Below, piece by piece: positions 24,988 to 39,200 of a DNA stretch of 39,888 bases (within the stretch, counting starts at the first letter, position 1; every line of letters starts with the position of its first letter). Position numbers and translations under genes: made by a program. Under the pieces are notes generated by a model. That model was not told the origin of the DNA, searched no databases, and saw nothing but the letters and a program-made list of their open reading frames with translations. Origin of the DNA: Gemmatimonadaceae bacterium (GTDB taxonomy: Bacteria; Gemmatimonadota; Gemmatimonadetes; Gemmatimonadales; Gemmatimonadaceae); contig JBBDYA010000029.1 in assembly GCA_040902005.1 (NCBI GenBank), positions 1 through 39,888 of the forward strand, in the 5' to 3' direction.

Positions 24988-26211
24988 GTGTCTCGCGCGA
25001 TGATCGCCGGCGCCATTCTGAGTGCCGGACTAGTTGGTGGCGGCATGCTCATCCAGAGCGGCGCCTGGCAGGAAGCGAGCGCGGCCCCAGGCACGCCGCG
25101 CCTGCTCGAGCAGGTCATGGCGCACATCCGGCGCGACTACATCGACTCGCTGGCTGCTGATGCGATGCATGAGCGGGCGGCGTTCGGGTTCGTGCGCGAA
25201 CTCGACGACCCCTTCAGCGCGCTGCTCACGCCGGAGGCGTACCGTCGGGTGCGCGAGGCCACCAGCGGCCGCTACGCCGGCGTGGGCGTGGAGATCGACC
25301 TGCGCGGCGGGTTCGTCACGATCATCGCGCCCGTTGCGGGAACCCCCGCCGACAGCGCCGGGATCCGGCCGGGCGATCGCATCCTGAAAGTGGACGGCCG
25401 GCCGACGGCCGGGTCCAGCATGGAGGAGGTGCAGGAGGCGCTGCGCGGCCCGGCCGGGAGTGCCGTGCTCATCGTGATCGTGCGCGGCGAGGAGGAGATT
25501 CCCGAACTGACCCTGCGCCGGCGCCAGATCACGTACCATCCGATGCAGCGCGCCATCATCGCGGTGAACGGCATCGGCTACGTCAAACTCGCCACGTTCG
25601 GTGAAGGCGCGGGGCGCGAGCTGCGCCGGGCCGTGGATTCGCTCCGGTCCGATGGCGCGCGCGCCCTGATCCTCGATCTGCGCGAGAACCCGGGCGGGTT
25701 GCTGGAGCAGGGGATCGCCGTCGCCGACCTGTTCCTCGATGCGGGGCAGACCATCGCCAGCACGCGTGGGCGGACGCCCGATGCGAACCAGGAGTTCCGG
25801 GACGATGCGCCGCAGCGCTGGCCCGACCTGCCGGTGGTCGTGCTCATAGACAGCGGCAGTGCCAGTGCGTCGGAGATTGTCGCCGGCGCGCTCCAGGACC
25901 ATGGCCGCGCCGTGCTCGTGGGATCACCCTCCTACGGGAAGGGGAGCGCGCAGAGCCTGTTTCCCGCGGCTGGCGGCCGAGCGCTCAAGCTCACGACGGC
26001 GCGCTGGTACACCGCGAAAGGACGTACCATCGAGAGCGACTCGACCGGCGGCGGTATCGTCCCGGACGTGGATCTCACGCCGAAGCGATTGCCTCCGGGC
26101 GACGGCGTCCTGCCGGTGGCCCCCGACCGGACCATCGCGCGCGCGATTCAGCTACTGGACGGCGTGCGCACCCCGCAGGAACTGCGGGCGCGGGTACCCC
26201 GCGGGAACTGA
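24988..26211 (+). CDS. S41 C-terminal processing protease (CtpA/Prc-like, PDZ)
   Basis: LDDPFS, GVGVEI, LDLRENPGG, SASASEIVAGALQD, GKGSAQ. Start approximate (24988 or 25000). Confidence 0.93.
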   Translation: MSRAMIAGAILSAGLVGGGMLIQSGAWQEASAAPGTPRLLEQVMAHIRRDYIDSLAADAMHERAAFGFVRELDDPFSALLTPEAYRRVREATSGRYAGVGVEIDLRGGFVTIIAPVAGTPADSAGIRPGDRILKVDGRPTAGSSMEEVQEALRGPAGSAVLIVIVRGEEEIPELTLRRRQITYHPMQRAIIAVNGIGYVKLATFGEGAGRELRRAVDSLRSDGARALILDLRENPGGLLEQGIAVADLFLDAGQTIASTRGRTPDANQEFRDDAPQRWPDLPVVVLIDSGSASASEIVAGALQDHGRAVLVGSPSYGKGSAQSLFPAAGGRALKLTTARWYTAKGRTIESDSTGGGIVPDVDLTPKRLPPGDGVLPVAPDRTIARAIQLLDGVRTPQELRARVPRGN

Positions 26212-26223
26212 CCGACGCGCGGA

Positions 26224-26883
26224 CTAGGGTTCGACGACGCGAACGCCAGCGGGCGTGGTGAACACGAACGCCGCGCTTTCGACCGCGGCATTCAGTGACA
26301 GCGTCAGCAGGCGCACCTTGCGGGTGATGCCGTTGGCATCCGTGGACTCGAACCGGCGGATGAGGCCATCGGCATCGTCCACCCAGACCCTGGCGCGGAT
26401 GAAGGGCAGCTGTTCGCCCGGCTTCGCGGTCAGGATGATCGCGCGCGCCGGCCGCGCTCCGATCGTGTCGGTCCCCGCGCCCTGCGCATCGTAGGCGGAC
26501 CGTGGTGTGTCCAGGAACTGCCCGATGAGGTCCGTGTTCGATGCACCCGCCTGCGCATTTGTCATCCGGATCACCTGGCCCGGCGCCGCGCTCGGCACGT
26601 AGACCCACACGTGCCTTCCATCCGCGACGATGCGATCGCCGGCGGGTTCGTGAAAGACGATCGCGAGCTTGTTCGGCTTGCTCTGCTGCAACTCACCGCG
26701 CGCGAGCATCGCGGAGCCGGTGAGGGGGTTCATGATCGTCTGCTCGAACGCGGCGCGCAGCGTCCGCACGTTGCCCCACGCGGCCTGCGCGCGCCGGATG
26801 GTGGCCTCGGCGTCCTGTGCGGTCGCGGATGGGGGGGGGGCGGCGAGGAACACGGTGGCGGCGGCGAGCAACAGGGATCGCAT
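26224..26883 (-). CDS. lolA: Outer membrane lipoprotein carrier protein LolA
   Basis: Signal peptide, [19 protein letters not shown]...QV, F.F..P.GV.V. Confidence 0.85.
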   Translation of the reverse strand: MRSLLLAAATVFLAAPPPSATAQDAEATIRRAQAAWGNVRTLRAAFEQTIMNPLTGSAMLARGELQQSKPNKLAIVFHEPAGDRIVADGRHVWVYVPSAAPGQVIRMTNAQAGASNTDLIGQFLDTPRSAYDAQGAGTDTIGARPARAIILTAKPGEQLPFIRARVWVDDADGLIRRFESTDANGITRKVRLLTLSLNAAVESAAFVFTTPAGVRVVEP

Positions 26884-26891
26884 GACGAGAT

Positions 26892-27962
26892 CTACACCGC
26901 GGTCAAGGCGCCCGTTCCGGCCGCCATGCTCGCGTCCGCCGCGGTCCCCACGCGCCGGCCGATCGCGTGCGCGATGACCCGGAGTTCCCCCACGAGGGAT
27001 GCGAACTGGTCGGGAAACAGCGATTGCGCGCCGTCCGACAGGGCGCGGTCCGGATCGGGATGGACTTCGATCATCACGCCGTCGGCACCGGCGGCCACGG
27101 CCGCCCGCGCCATGGGCGTCACCTTGTCGCGCAATCCGGTGCCGTGGCTGGGGTCGGCGATCATCGGCAGGTGCGAGAGTCGCTGAACGATCGGAATCGC
27201 CGTGAGGTCGAACAGGTTGCGCGCCGTATGGTCGAAGCTGCGGATGCCGCGCTCGCAGAGAATGACCTGGTCGTTGCCCTCGGAGAGGACGTACTCGGCG
27301 CTCATGAGGAGGTCGGTCACGGTGGCCGCAAGTCCGCGCTTGATCATCACGGGCTTTCGGATGCGGCCCACGGCGCGGAGCAGGGAGTAGTTCTGCATGT
27401 TGCGCGCGCCGATCTGGATGCAGTCGGCATACTCGGCCACCAGGTGCGCGCCCTCCTCGTCCAGTGCCTCCGTGACCACGGGGAGTCCGGTTTCGCGGCG
27501 CGCGGCGGCCAGCAGTTCCAGTCCGCGCTTTCCCATGCCCTGAAAGGAGTACGGTGAACTGCGCGGCTTGAACGCTCCGCCGCGCAGGGCGGTGGCGCCG
27601 GCGGACTTGACCGCGCGCGCCGCCGCCATGATCTGCTCCTCCGACTCCACCGAGCACGGTCCCGCGATGATCTGGACCGCGTCGCCGCCGAACGTGACGC
27701 CGGGCGACAGCGTGACCAGGGTGTTGTTCGCGCGCCACTCCCGCGAAACCTGCTTGTACGGCTTGCTCACGTGGATCACATCGGCGACACCCGGAAGGGA
27801 TTCGATCCGTGAGCTGTCCACGCGGCCGTCGTTGCCCACGAGCCCCACCGTGGTGCGCTGGGCGCCGGGCATGGGGCGTCCCTCGTACCCCATCTCCTCG
27901 ATTGTCTTCACGACCCGCTCGATCTCCTGCGGCGTCGCGTCCTGGTGCATGACCACGAGCAT
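26892..27962 (-). CDS. aroF: DAHP synthase, type I-beta with N-terminal regulatory domain
   Basis: [48 protein letters not shown]. Confidence 0.95.
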   Translation of the reverse strand: MLVVMHQDATPQEIERVVKTIEEMGYEGRPMPGAQRTTVGLVGNDGRVDSSRIESLPGVADVIHVSKPYKQVSREWRANNTLVTLSPGVTFGGDAVQIIAGPCSVESEEQIMAAARAVKSAGATALRGGAFKPRSSPYSFQGMGKRGLELLAAARRETGLPVVTEALDEEGAHLVAEYADCIQIGARNMQNYSLLRAVGRIRKPVMIKRGLAATVTDLLMSAEYVLSEGNDQVILCERGIRSFDHTARNLFDLTAIPIVQRLSHLPMIADPSHGTGLRDKVTPMARAAVAAGADGVMIEVHPDPDRALSDGAQSLFPDQFASLVGELRVIAHAIGRRVGTAADASMAAGTGALTAV

Positions 27963-27966
27963 CGAT

Positions 27967-28728
27967 TCAGTCCTCGAGATCCATCTGCCAGCCGTCGTGC
28001 GCCACGACGACCGGTCCGGAATACTTCGTTGCCACGATGGAAGCGATGTCCACGGATTCCACCGGAGGGTAGAGGTGCGTGAGCACCAGCCGCCGCGGCT
28101 CGGCGAGACGCGCGATCTCGCCGCACTGCTCCGGCGTGAGGTGTTCGATGATCGCCATGGACTGCGGCAGGGAACACTCCAGCACCAGCAGGTCGCACCC
28201 GCGCGCCCAGTGGGCAAACTCGGGGTCGAACCCCGTGTCGCCGGAGTACACGAGGCGGCGCGTGCGTTCCGTAAGGGAATATGCCACGCTCTCGGCCGTG
28301 TGGGGAACTTTCGTGCAGTCCAGGCGGGCGGCCCCGATGTCGAGTGTGGCGCCGGGCGCGAGCTCAGTCACCCGCAGCGGGTAGCCGGGCGCGGTGACCC
28401 ATTCGCCATGGGCGGCGGCCAGCCGGTCGACGAGCGCCTGCGTTCCCACGGGCCCGATGATCTCGAGCGGGGAGGACCGGGGGGGCAGCATGCCGTACCT
28501 CCACGAAAAAATCAGGGTGGGAAGGTCGGCGTGGTGGTCGATGTGAAAGTGCGTGAGCGCCACGTGCGTGATGTCCTGCCATGGCACCCCGAGCTCCGCC
28601 AGGCGCCGGGTGGTTCCGCTGCCGCAATCCATCAGCAGGCGAGCGGCGCCGGTCTCCACGTAGTACGCGGAGCAACTGCGTGTTGGTGAGAAGGCGATGG
28701 TGCCAGTACCCAGAATGGTCAGGCGCAT
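27967..28728 (-). CDS. MBL-fold hydrolase (RNase Z/BN-like)
   Basis: [38 protein letters not shown]. Confidence 0.9.
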   Translation of the reverse strand: MRLTILGTGTIAFSPTRSCSAYYVETGAARLLMDCGSGTTRRLAELGVPWQDITHVALTHFHIDHHADLPTLIFSWRYGMLPPRSSPLEIIGPVGTQALVDRLAAAHGEWVTAPGYPLRVTELAPGATLDIGAARLDCTKVPHTAESVAYSLTERTRRLVYSGDTGFDPEFAHWARGCDLLVLECSLPQSMAIIEHLTPEQCGEIARLAEPRRLVLTHLYPPVESVDIASIVATKYSGPVVVAHDGWQMDLED

Positions 28729-28775
28729 GGCATCAGGGCGCTCGGCTCGTTACCGCAGGCGCTCGAGCTCGCCGT

Positions 28776-32275
<3,500 letters not shown>

Positions 32276-32276
<1 letters not shown>

Positions 32277-33616
32277 TAGTACACGCTCCCCGTTCGGTAT
32301 ACCAGCGATGTGGGCACTCCGGCCGCCCGCATGGCGTCCAGGAGCAAGGTGGCTTCTTCCCGCGTCCTGAACGCGCCGGCGAACAGTCTCGCGGTGCGGT
32401 CGGACTGGAGCAACGCGTAGACGGGCAGTCTTCGCGCCTGATAGGCGGCGACGCGTTTCGCGACCGCGGAATCGGGCACGTCGCGCTCGACGAGCAGTGC
32501 GAACGGGAACCGGTCGATGACGACCCGTCCCGCGTCGCTCATTCCACGAGCGCGCAGCGTGTCCAACAGAGCCGCGGCTGAGGCGCTATCCGGATAGGCG
32601 CCGGCAACCACTCGAAACCAAGGCGTTTCTCGAATGAGAACGGGAGTGAAGGTTCCGGCGCGCAAGCTACTGCCGTTGCGCTGTAGTTCCAATAGGGCGC
32701 CTGCCTGCGTATTGAAGGTGACCAGGGACAGGGCGTAGGGAGCCACCGACGCGGAGTCCTGCGCGGTGAACAATCCCATCGCGCGCTCGGCACGCACCAG
32801 GGAGTCGATGCGCCGAACGGAGTCGATGCCGGCGCTGTCGAGGCCGCGGAAGAGGGCCGCCAGGGTGTCGCCACGCAGCCACAGGGGCGCCCAGGTGCTG
32901 CGCGCGAAGGGGCGCGCCGCCAGCCAGATCCCCATGGCCGCGATCACAACGGCGAGGAAGACGCCAACGTACGCGCCGATTCGCCACGGCGAGGGCCCCG
33001 CGCGCACCACGTACTTCCGGCGGGGAACGACCTGCGCCGGTTTGAGCACGGCGGGCACCAGCTGCGGGCCGCGCACCGCGCCCAGGACGCGGGCCACCGG
33101 AAGGCGCGCGGGCGCCGCATCGCCGACCAGCACCGCGCCGTCCAGCTGAAGCACCAGCGCCTCGACGTTCGGTGTCGCGACCGAGGCAACGACGATCAAC
33201 AGGCCATTCTGTTCGCGGAAGCCGGCGGCCAGGCGCGACCAGCGCCGGTGGGCCATGACTTCGGCCATGTCGGCGACCAGGGCGCCGCTGGGCATGACGT
33301 ACAGGTTTTCCTCGCCCGCCACGCGGTGCACCACGCGGCTGAGCGAGACGCCGTACTCGAAGACGTCGGCGAGTCCGTGCGGATCCTCGGCGGCTACCAG
33401 CGCCTGGAGCGGCGGAGCGTCGCCCAGCAGGTCGCCGATGGCGACGCGGCGCTTGCGGGCCAGCTGGCGGCCGATGCCCAGCGCGACCAGCGCGGTTTCC
33501 GTGTCGTCGCTGCCGAGCACGGCGATGGCATGCAGACGCTCGATTCCAGAACTGAACTTGCGCCCGGCGGATTCCCAGTCGAATGGCGGAGGGGCTGGCG
33601 GCGCTTCCGCCGTCAC
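32276..33616 (-). CDS. Membrane protein: degenerate CpsD/CapB-MinD-like domain, TM, SPOR-like domains
   Basis: RVAIGDL, GLADVF, NLYVMPSG, LDGAVLV resemble BY-kinases without Walker A. TM IGAYVGVFLAVVIAAMGIWL. WFRVVAGAY and LFAGAFRTREEA are SPOR-like. Confidence 0.75.
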
Positions 33617-35073
33617 GGCGCTCCCTCGTACACCCAGAATGCCTGCTGTGATTCCCGTCCGGCGCGCTCCGCCTCCTCGCGCGTGAAGTAGGGCCCGAGA
33701 ATCACGCGGTAGATCGTGGCCCCTTCCCGCGGGGTGGACACCACGCGCGCCTGCGCGCCATCCACCTGGATGCGGGACGCGAGTTCGCGCGCGCGCTCCT
33801 GCACCAGGAACGCGGCAAACGAGACGACGAACCCGCGTGCCGCGAGCGGATCGACCGGGGCGGCCGGCTGGCCCGAAGTGTCCGCGGCCGCCGAGTCCAC
33901 CAGCAGCGTGTCCGTGGCGGGGAGGCCGTACAGGGCGCTATCGAAGCGGACCGGTTCGTCCAGCGAGGCGGCGCGTGGGCGAAAACCATCCCACATGATC
34001 GGGTACCAGTAATCGCTGGCTCCGCCCCGCACGCGGCGCTGTTCCTTCAGCGTCTCCCCATCGTACAGCACGACGTCGGTCCCCACGGCGACCGCCACCG
34101 AGCCGTCGTATCCGACGAACGGCAGGTCGTTGCGCCAGGTGCCGCGCACGCCACCAGTCACGCGCTCGGTGCCGATGGCCGCGATCCAGATCGAGTCGGC
34201 GACGACCGATCTGGCCAGGAGATATCGACCGAACTGGTCGATGCGCAGGTCCGACGCACGGCCGGGGAGCTGGAATCGCGCGGTCACCATCTCGCGGAAT
34301 CGGTCCACGACGGAAATCTGCCGCCCCGAATCGGTCAGGATGAACACCCGGTCACCGCTGGGCGTGGACACCATGGCCTCGATGGGCTCGGCGAGCCGGA
34401 TGCTCGGTCCCCAATCCATGGTACGCGTGCGGAGCATGATCAGCCCCGAGTCCACGACGAGAAAGAGCCGGTCGCCCAACTGCGTCCGCATCGTGCGGGC
34501 TGCCGAGGGCAGGTCGATTTCCGCGACGACGCGCCGGCCGGGTGGCGTGTACTTCAGCATGCGCACACTGTCGTCGCGTCCCACGGAGACGAGAAGGCTG
34601 CCATTGCGCTCCGGATACACCTGGTTCGCGGGCGCCGGCGGCTTGAGGGTCCAGTCGCCCGCTGGGGTCATGCGCACTACGTCACCGTTGCGGGCAATGC
34701 CGAAGATGGCCATGCCATCCGCGGACGCGAGCTCCTTGAGGCTGGTGGTGGACGCATCCGTGATCGTTCCGCGCTGCAGCTCGAGCAGGACGCCTCGGCC
34801 GCGCGTGTCGGTGTAGGCCACGCTGCCGTTCTCGTCGTCGAAGGCGAGCACCTCCGCGGGCGCCGGCGTTGGATCGCTGGACTCCCAGACGAGGGAATCC
34901 ACCCGCGGATAGCCGAAGACGCGCGGCGGGCCGCCGGCACGCGGCAGCCGGAGGACGAGCGCCGGAGGGCCCGCGTACAGGGCTGGATCCCCGGACTGCG
35001 TGCTGGAGGCGGGGCGATTCGAGCGATCGCAAGCGACGGTCGCCAGCGCCAGCAGGAGGAGGGAAGCGCGCAC
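33613..35073 (-). CDS. SPOR-domain lipoprotein with beta-propeller-like core
   Basis: Lipobox-like TVAC, beta-rich repeats, C-terminal YRVILGPYFTREEAE. Confidence 0.8.
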   Translation of the reverse strand: MRASLLLLALATVACDRSNRPASSTQSGDPALYAGPPALVLRLPRAGGPPRVFGYPRVDSLVWESSDPTPAPAEVLAFDDENGSVAYTDTRGRGVLLELQRGTITDASTTSLKELASADGMAIFGIARNGDVVRMTPAGDWTLKPPAPANQVYPERNGSLLVSVGRDDSVRMLKYTPPGRRVVAEIDLPSAARTMRTQLGDRLFLVVDSGLIMLRTRTMDWGPSIRLAEPIEAMVSTPSGDRVFILTDSGRQISVVDRFREMVTARFQLPGRASDLRIDQFGRYLLARSVVADSIWIAAIGTERVTGGVRGTWRNDLPFVGYDGSVAVAVGTDVVLYDGETLKEQRRVRGGASDYWYPIMWDGFRPRAASLDEPVRFDSALYGLPATDTLLVDSAAADTSGQPAAPVDPLAARGFVVSFAAFLVQERARELASRIQVDGAQARVVSTPREGATIYRVILGPYFTREEAERAGRESQQAFWVYEGAP

Positions 35074-35143
35074 GAACGGAAGATAATGCGAACGCCCTAC
35101 GCCAAACGGCTTATTGCCGACGGCCAGGCTTAGCGCCGGCGCA

Positions 35144-38100
35144 CTAGAAGGATGGCCAGAGCGACCAGGTCCAGAATCCGCGCTTGATGCCCTGCTGATC
35201 GAGCGGCACGGCGTAGTCCCACCGCAGGACCGCGAAGTTGAAGAGGTTCAGCCGCAGGCCCACGCCGTAGCTCCGCAGCGGGTAGCGATGGTTCATGGCG
35301 TTGTACGTCTCCGGCTTTTTCGCGTAGAGGGTCTGGCCCTGGGACCAGGCCACGCCCGCATCGAAGAAGAAGAGCCCCTCCAGCGGCGGCAGCGCGACGG
35401 GAAGAATGCCGAGTTCCAGGCGACGCACGAGCGGGAACCGCAGCTCGACATTGGCCACCGCCACCCGACTGCCCAGCAGCTGCGTGGCGCTGCAGTTCCA
35501 CGTGGACGCCCCGATGATCGGGCACGTGAGGAACAGCACGTTGTTGCGGTCGTACCCGCGCACGAAATCCGGGCGCGCGATGTACTTCATGAACTGCGTT
35601 TCGTCCGGGCCGATGGACAGGCTGGTGTACGCGCGCGTGGCAACCGTCAGGTAGTTGAAGATGATCGCGTCGTAGCGCCGATAGTCGGCCAGGTACTCGA
35701 CCCAGTTCAGGCCACCCATCACCGGGCTGACCTGGAGGCGGAACCGCCGCCCGTAGATCGGGCCGGTGTAGCCCATGAGGGTGTTGTCCGACACGTACGC
35801 CAGGTGCGCCTCGCCGTAGTTCAGGCTCTTGTCCTTCGTGATGCTGTCCAGCTGGAAGGGCGACGCCGCCGACAGGTCAAAGATGAAGCGCTGCAGGTGG
35901 ATGCGCTCCCGGCCGACGTTGTTCAAGCCGGCGCCGAGCTCCACGCGGCTGAAGCGGTTCAGCGGATAGGAGGTGGACCCGAAGAACTGGCGCGCGATGA
36001 ACGTCGTGATTTCCTGAAGCTCGATGTGCATCCTGGGGTCTTCCTGCGGCACCAGCTCGTCGTTGGACAGGAAGTAGTACGGAAACTGCGAGTAGCCGGC
36101 GGAGTACTGGAGCCGCCGGCTCAGGTTCGTGTAGCCGAAGAACGCCTGCGCTTCTTTGATCCGGCCATTCACCTCGCCGGCGATCGCGAGCCGGTGGTTG
36201 CCGAGCATGTCGCTCAGGATGATGGTCGTGCCGCCAAAGACGTTGCGATCGTAGCTGTCCGGCGAGTAGCCGATGCTGGGCCGCGCGACGTAGTCCGGCT
36301 GGAAGCGGACGCGATAGGGCGAGTCTCTGAACTTCGTCGTGTCCGGCAGCGCGAGATCGACGCTGTCGAGCAGCGCGGAGATGGCCACGGTCATCGTCGG
36401 CGCGCTCGCGTTGGGAACGCTGTCCGCGAGGGCCAGCACGGGCACGCGATACGGCGCCTTCTTCAGGCGGCGCGGGTTGTTCACCTGCCAGATCGTGTAG
36501 TCGCCGTCGCTGAAGTACGTGAATGCCATGCGGTCGGCCCCGCGTGCCCACGAAATCGATGGGCTGTATTCCGTGATGGCCGCCACCGCGCCGACGACGT
36601 TGGTGAGCTGATAGTGGGCCTTCCCCTCGAGCTCGTACAGAAAGACGTTCGAAATCCCGGTGCGATCGGAGACGAACGCGATGGACCGGCTGTCCGGCGC
36701 CCACTGGGGATTCGTATTGAGCCCCGCCTGTCCGGGCAGGACTTCGATGGCGCCGCTCTCGATGTCCAGCAGCGCAATCTGCCAGTGGGGGAGTTGCAGC
36801 TCCTGGAGGTTCGCGCCGGGGCCGCGATCGGTGGCGAACGCGATGGTGCGTCCATCCGGAGACCACTGTGGCTGGTGGTCGCCAAACCGGTCGCTGGTGA
36901 GCTGGCGCAGGTTCGTGCCATCCACGTCCACGATGAACAGGTCCGTGATGCCGCCGCGGCTGCCGCTGAAGGCGATCCGCTTGCCGTCGGGGGACCAGGT
37001 GGGGCCGGTGATGCCCTCGAGGCCGAGGTCGCGCCGGGATTCGCGCTTCGACCTGACGTCCAGCAAGTACAGCACGTCGCGTCCCTCGTGCTGCGCAGTG
37101 AACGCGAGTTGCTGTCCGTCCGGCGAAAAGGCGCTCTGCGAGTACAGGAGACGCAGCTCCTCGAAATTCGGATCGAAGGTGCTCTTGACCAACCGCTTGA
37201 TTCGCTTCCCGGTTTCCGCATCGCCGAGCCAGAGATCGATGAACACCTCGCCGCGCGCAAAGCTGCCGTTGGACAGGAAGGCGATGTGCTTGCCGTCGTG
37301 GGAGAGCGCCGGCGCGAGGAAGATCTCGCCGCCGCTGCGGCGCGCGGTGAGGAGGGGCTGCGCGAACGCGCGCGGCCGTTCCAGGGAACCGACCTGGGGC
37401 AGGTGGGCGCTCTGCATCTGCTCGCGCCACACCTCGCCGAGATCCTCGAGCGACACGCCCAGCTCGCGGTTGAACGCGCGCTCCACACCCACGATCGGCA
37501 CCGCGTGCATCACCTGGCCGACGGCCTCCGGGCCCCACCGCTCGGCGATGTAGGTCCAGAACGCATGACCGAACCGGTACGGAAAGAACCGCTCCGGCGT
37601 GTCGGTCATCTGCTTGATCGTGGGCAGCCGGCCGTTGAGCGCGGCGTCCCGCATCCAGGTGTCGGTGAACGTGGTGCTGGGGCCGAGCGACAGGTATTCC
37701 GCCATGCCCTCCGCGAACCAGAGAGGCGGCATGTTCTGCGCGAGATTCTGGAGGCCGCTGCCGGCCTTGCCTCGCGCGAAGATGTCGTACTGGAACGCGT
37801 GCACCATCTCGTGCACGAGCACGTGCTCGAAGCTGCGGTAGTCGCCGGTGAAGTTGAGCAGCATCCGGTGCCGCAGGGCTTCCGTCACGCCGCCCGTGCC
37901 CTCGCCCAGGTCGCCGGTGACGTTGTTCTGCCCGAAATCGGTGCGCGACGAGAAGAGCATGATCGGCTTCTTCTCGCGGAACTGGTGGTCGAGTACGCGG
38001 GACAGCCGCGCGTAGGCGCGCTCCGCCATGCGGGCCGCGTCCATCGAGGCCTGGCGCTCCTCCGGGTAGTAGTACACCAGGAAGTGCTCGGTCTCGAGGA

Positions 38101-38224
38101 CGTGCCAGTCGAACCGGTCGTACTGCACCTGGTTCTGGCCAAAGTAACCCTGCGCGCCGGCCGGACCCGCCACGCATGCCGCGACGGCGACCGCGAACCC
38201 CGCCAGACGTCTCGAGAACTTCAC
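35144..38224 (-). CDS. Omp85-family protein with N-terminal gluzincin-like metallopeptidase and PD40 propeller
   Basis: HEMVH + WFAEGMAEY, repeated P.WSPDG, C-terminal barrel (ANVELRFP, FFDAG, SYGVGLR, terminal F). GTG 38224 with GGAG RBS. Confidence 0.88.
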   Translation of the reverse strand: MKFSRRLAGFAVAVAACVAGPAGAQGYFGQNQVQYDRFDWHVLETEHFLVYYYPEERQASMDAARMAERAYARLSRVLDHQFREKKPIMLFSSRTDFGQNNVTGDLGEGTGGVTEALRHRMLLNFTGDYRSFEHVLVHEMVHAFQYDIFARGKAGSGLQNLAQNMPPLWFAEGMAEYLSLGPSTTFTDTWMRDAALNGRLPTIKQMTDTPERFFPYRFGHAFWTYIAERWGPEAVGQVMHAVPIVGVERAFNRELGVSLEDLGEVWREQMQSAHLPQVGSLERPRAFAQPLLTARRSGGEIFLAPALSHDGKHIAFLSNGSFARGEVFIDLWLGDAETGKRIKRLVKSTFDPNFEELRLLYSQSAFSPDGQQLAFTAQHEGRDVLYLLDVRSKRESRRDLGLEGITGPTWSPDGKRIAFSGSRGGITDLFIVDVDGTNLRQLTSDRFGDHQPQWSPDGRTIAFATDRGPGANLQELQLPHWQIALLDIESGAIEVLPGQAGLNTNPQWAPDSRSIAFVSDRTGISNVFLYELEGKAHYQLTNVVGAVAAITEYSPSISWARGADRMAFTYFSDGDYTIWQVNNPRRLKKAPYRVPVLALADSVPNASAPTMTVAISALLDSVDLALPDTTKFRDSPYRVRFQPDYVARPSIGYSPDSYDRNVFGGTTIILSDMLGNHRLAIAGEVNGRIKEAQAFFGYTNLSRRLQYSAGYSQFPYYFLSNDELVPQEDPRMHIELQEITTFIARQFFGSTSYPLNRFSRVELGAGLNNVGRERIHLQRFIFDLSAASPFQLDSITKDKSLNYGEAHLAYVSDNTLMGYTGPIYGRRFRLQVSPVMGGLNWVEYLADYRRYDAIIFNYLTVATRAYTSLSIGPDETQFMKYIARPDFVRGYDRNNVLFLTCPIIGASTWNCSATQLLGSRVAVANVELRFPLVRRLELGILPVALPPLEGLFFFDAGVAWSQGQTLYAKKPETYNAMNHRYPLRSYGVGLRLNLFNFAVLRWDYAVPLDQQGIKRGFWTWSLWPSF

Positions 38225-38251
38225 GTTACACTCCCCGCTGAACAACTCATC

Positions 38252-38650
38252 TTACTGCCCCCGCACCGACTGCGCGTTGACCGGAACCACCTCCGCATCA
38301 CTCCAGAGCCGCTCCAGCTGGTAGAAATTCCGGAGCGTGGGGTGGAACAAATGAACGACGAAATCGACGTAGTCGAGTAACACCCAGCGCCCCTGCGTCA
38401 TCCCCTCGACGTGGTGCGCCGAATTACCGGCCTTTTTGAGCTCCTCCAGCACGTGCTCGCCCAGCGCCCGGACGTGGGTATCGGACGTGCCGCTGGCGAT
38501 GACGAAATAATCCGTCATGTCGGAGACACCCTTCAGACTGAGTACCACGACGTCGTCGGCCTTGTTGTCCCGCAAAACGGCGGCGGCGCGCTTCACGTGC
38601 TCCGTGATTGCCGGTGCCGTGCGATCGGATCTGGTCGAGGGAGATGCCAC
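38252..38650 (-). CDS. rsfS: Ribosome silencing factor
   Basis: KADDVVVL, TDYFVIASG, WVLLDYVDFVVHLF, FYQLERLW. Confidence 0.95.
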   Translation of the reverse strand: MASPSTRSDRTAPAITEHVKRAAAVLRDNKADDVVVLSLKGVSDMTDYFVIASGTSDTHVRALGEHVLEELKKAGNSAHHVEGMTQGRWVLLDYVDFVVHLFHPTLRNFYQLERLWSDAEVVPVNAQSVRGQ

Positions 38651-38724
38651 TAATCAGTTCGGTTTATGGACGGACGATCCCACGCACGGGCCGGACCGCC
38701 GCCCGCGCCCGGCAACGGCGAGCC

Positions 38725-39168
38725 CTACTGTTTGATAACCCAGACCTTGACCTCGGGTTTCACGTCCGCGTGCAGGCGCACCGGAATCCGGAAGACGCCC
38801 AGCGTGCGCAGCGGCTCATGCAGGTCGATCTGCCGCTTCTCGATGTGGAAGCCCTGCGATTCCAGCTGCTGAGCGATGTCCGCTCCGGTCACCGAGCCGA
38901 ACAGTTTCCCCTCCTCTCCGACACGCGCCGAGAAGGTGAGCGACACCTGCTCCAGCCGTTCGGCCAGGGCCTGCGCCGCGGTGCGACGCTCGTTCTCGGC
39001 CGCCTCCAGCCGGCCCTTTTCGAGCGCAATGCGCTTGAGGTTGCCGGGTGTGGCTTCGAATGCCACGCCCCGCGGCAGAAGAAAGTTGCGCGCGTAACCG
39101 TTGGAGACTTTCACGACGTCGCCGGGCTTGCCCAGGTTTTCGACGGCCTGACGGAGTATGACTTCCAT
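38725..39168 (-). CDS. rplI: 50S ribosomal protein L9
   Basis: MEVILRQAVENLGKPGDVVKVSNGYARNFLLP, GKLFGSVT. Confidence 0.97.
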   Translation of the reverse strand: MEVILRQAVENLGKPGDVVKVSNGYARNFLLPRGVAFEATPGNLKRIALEKGRLEAAENERRTAAQALAERLEQVSLTFSARVGEEGKLFGSVTGADIAQQLESQGFHIEKRQIDLHEPLRTLGVFRIPVRLHADVKPEVKVWVIKQ

Positions 39169-39200
39169 GGTAGTGATCCGTGAATGGTGAAAGGAGGTAT

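Noticed and set aside
35114..38380. 1088-aa plus-strand ORF (and 35877-38177 minus alternate frame)
   Set aside because: Shadows of the Omp85 gene.
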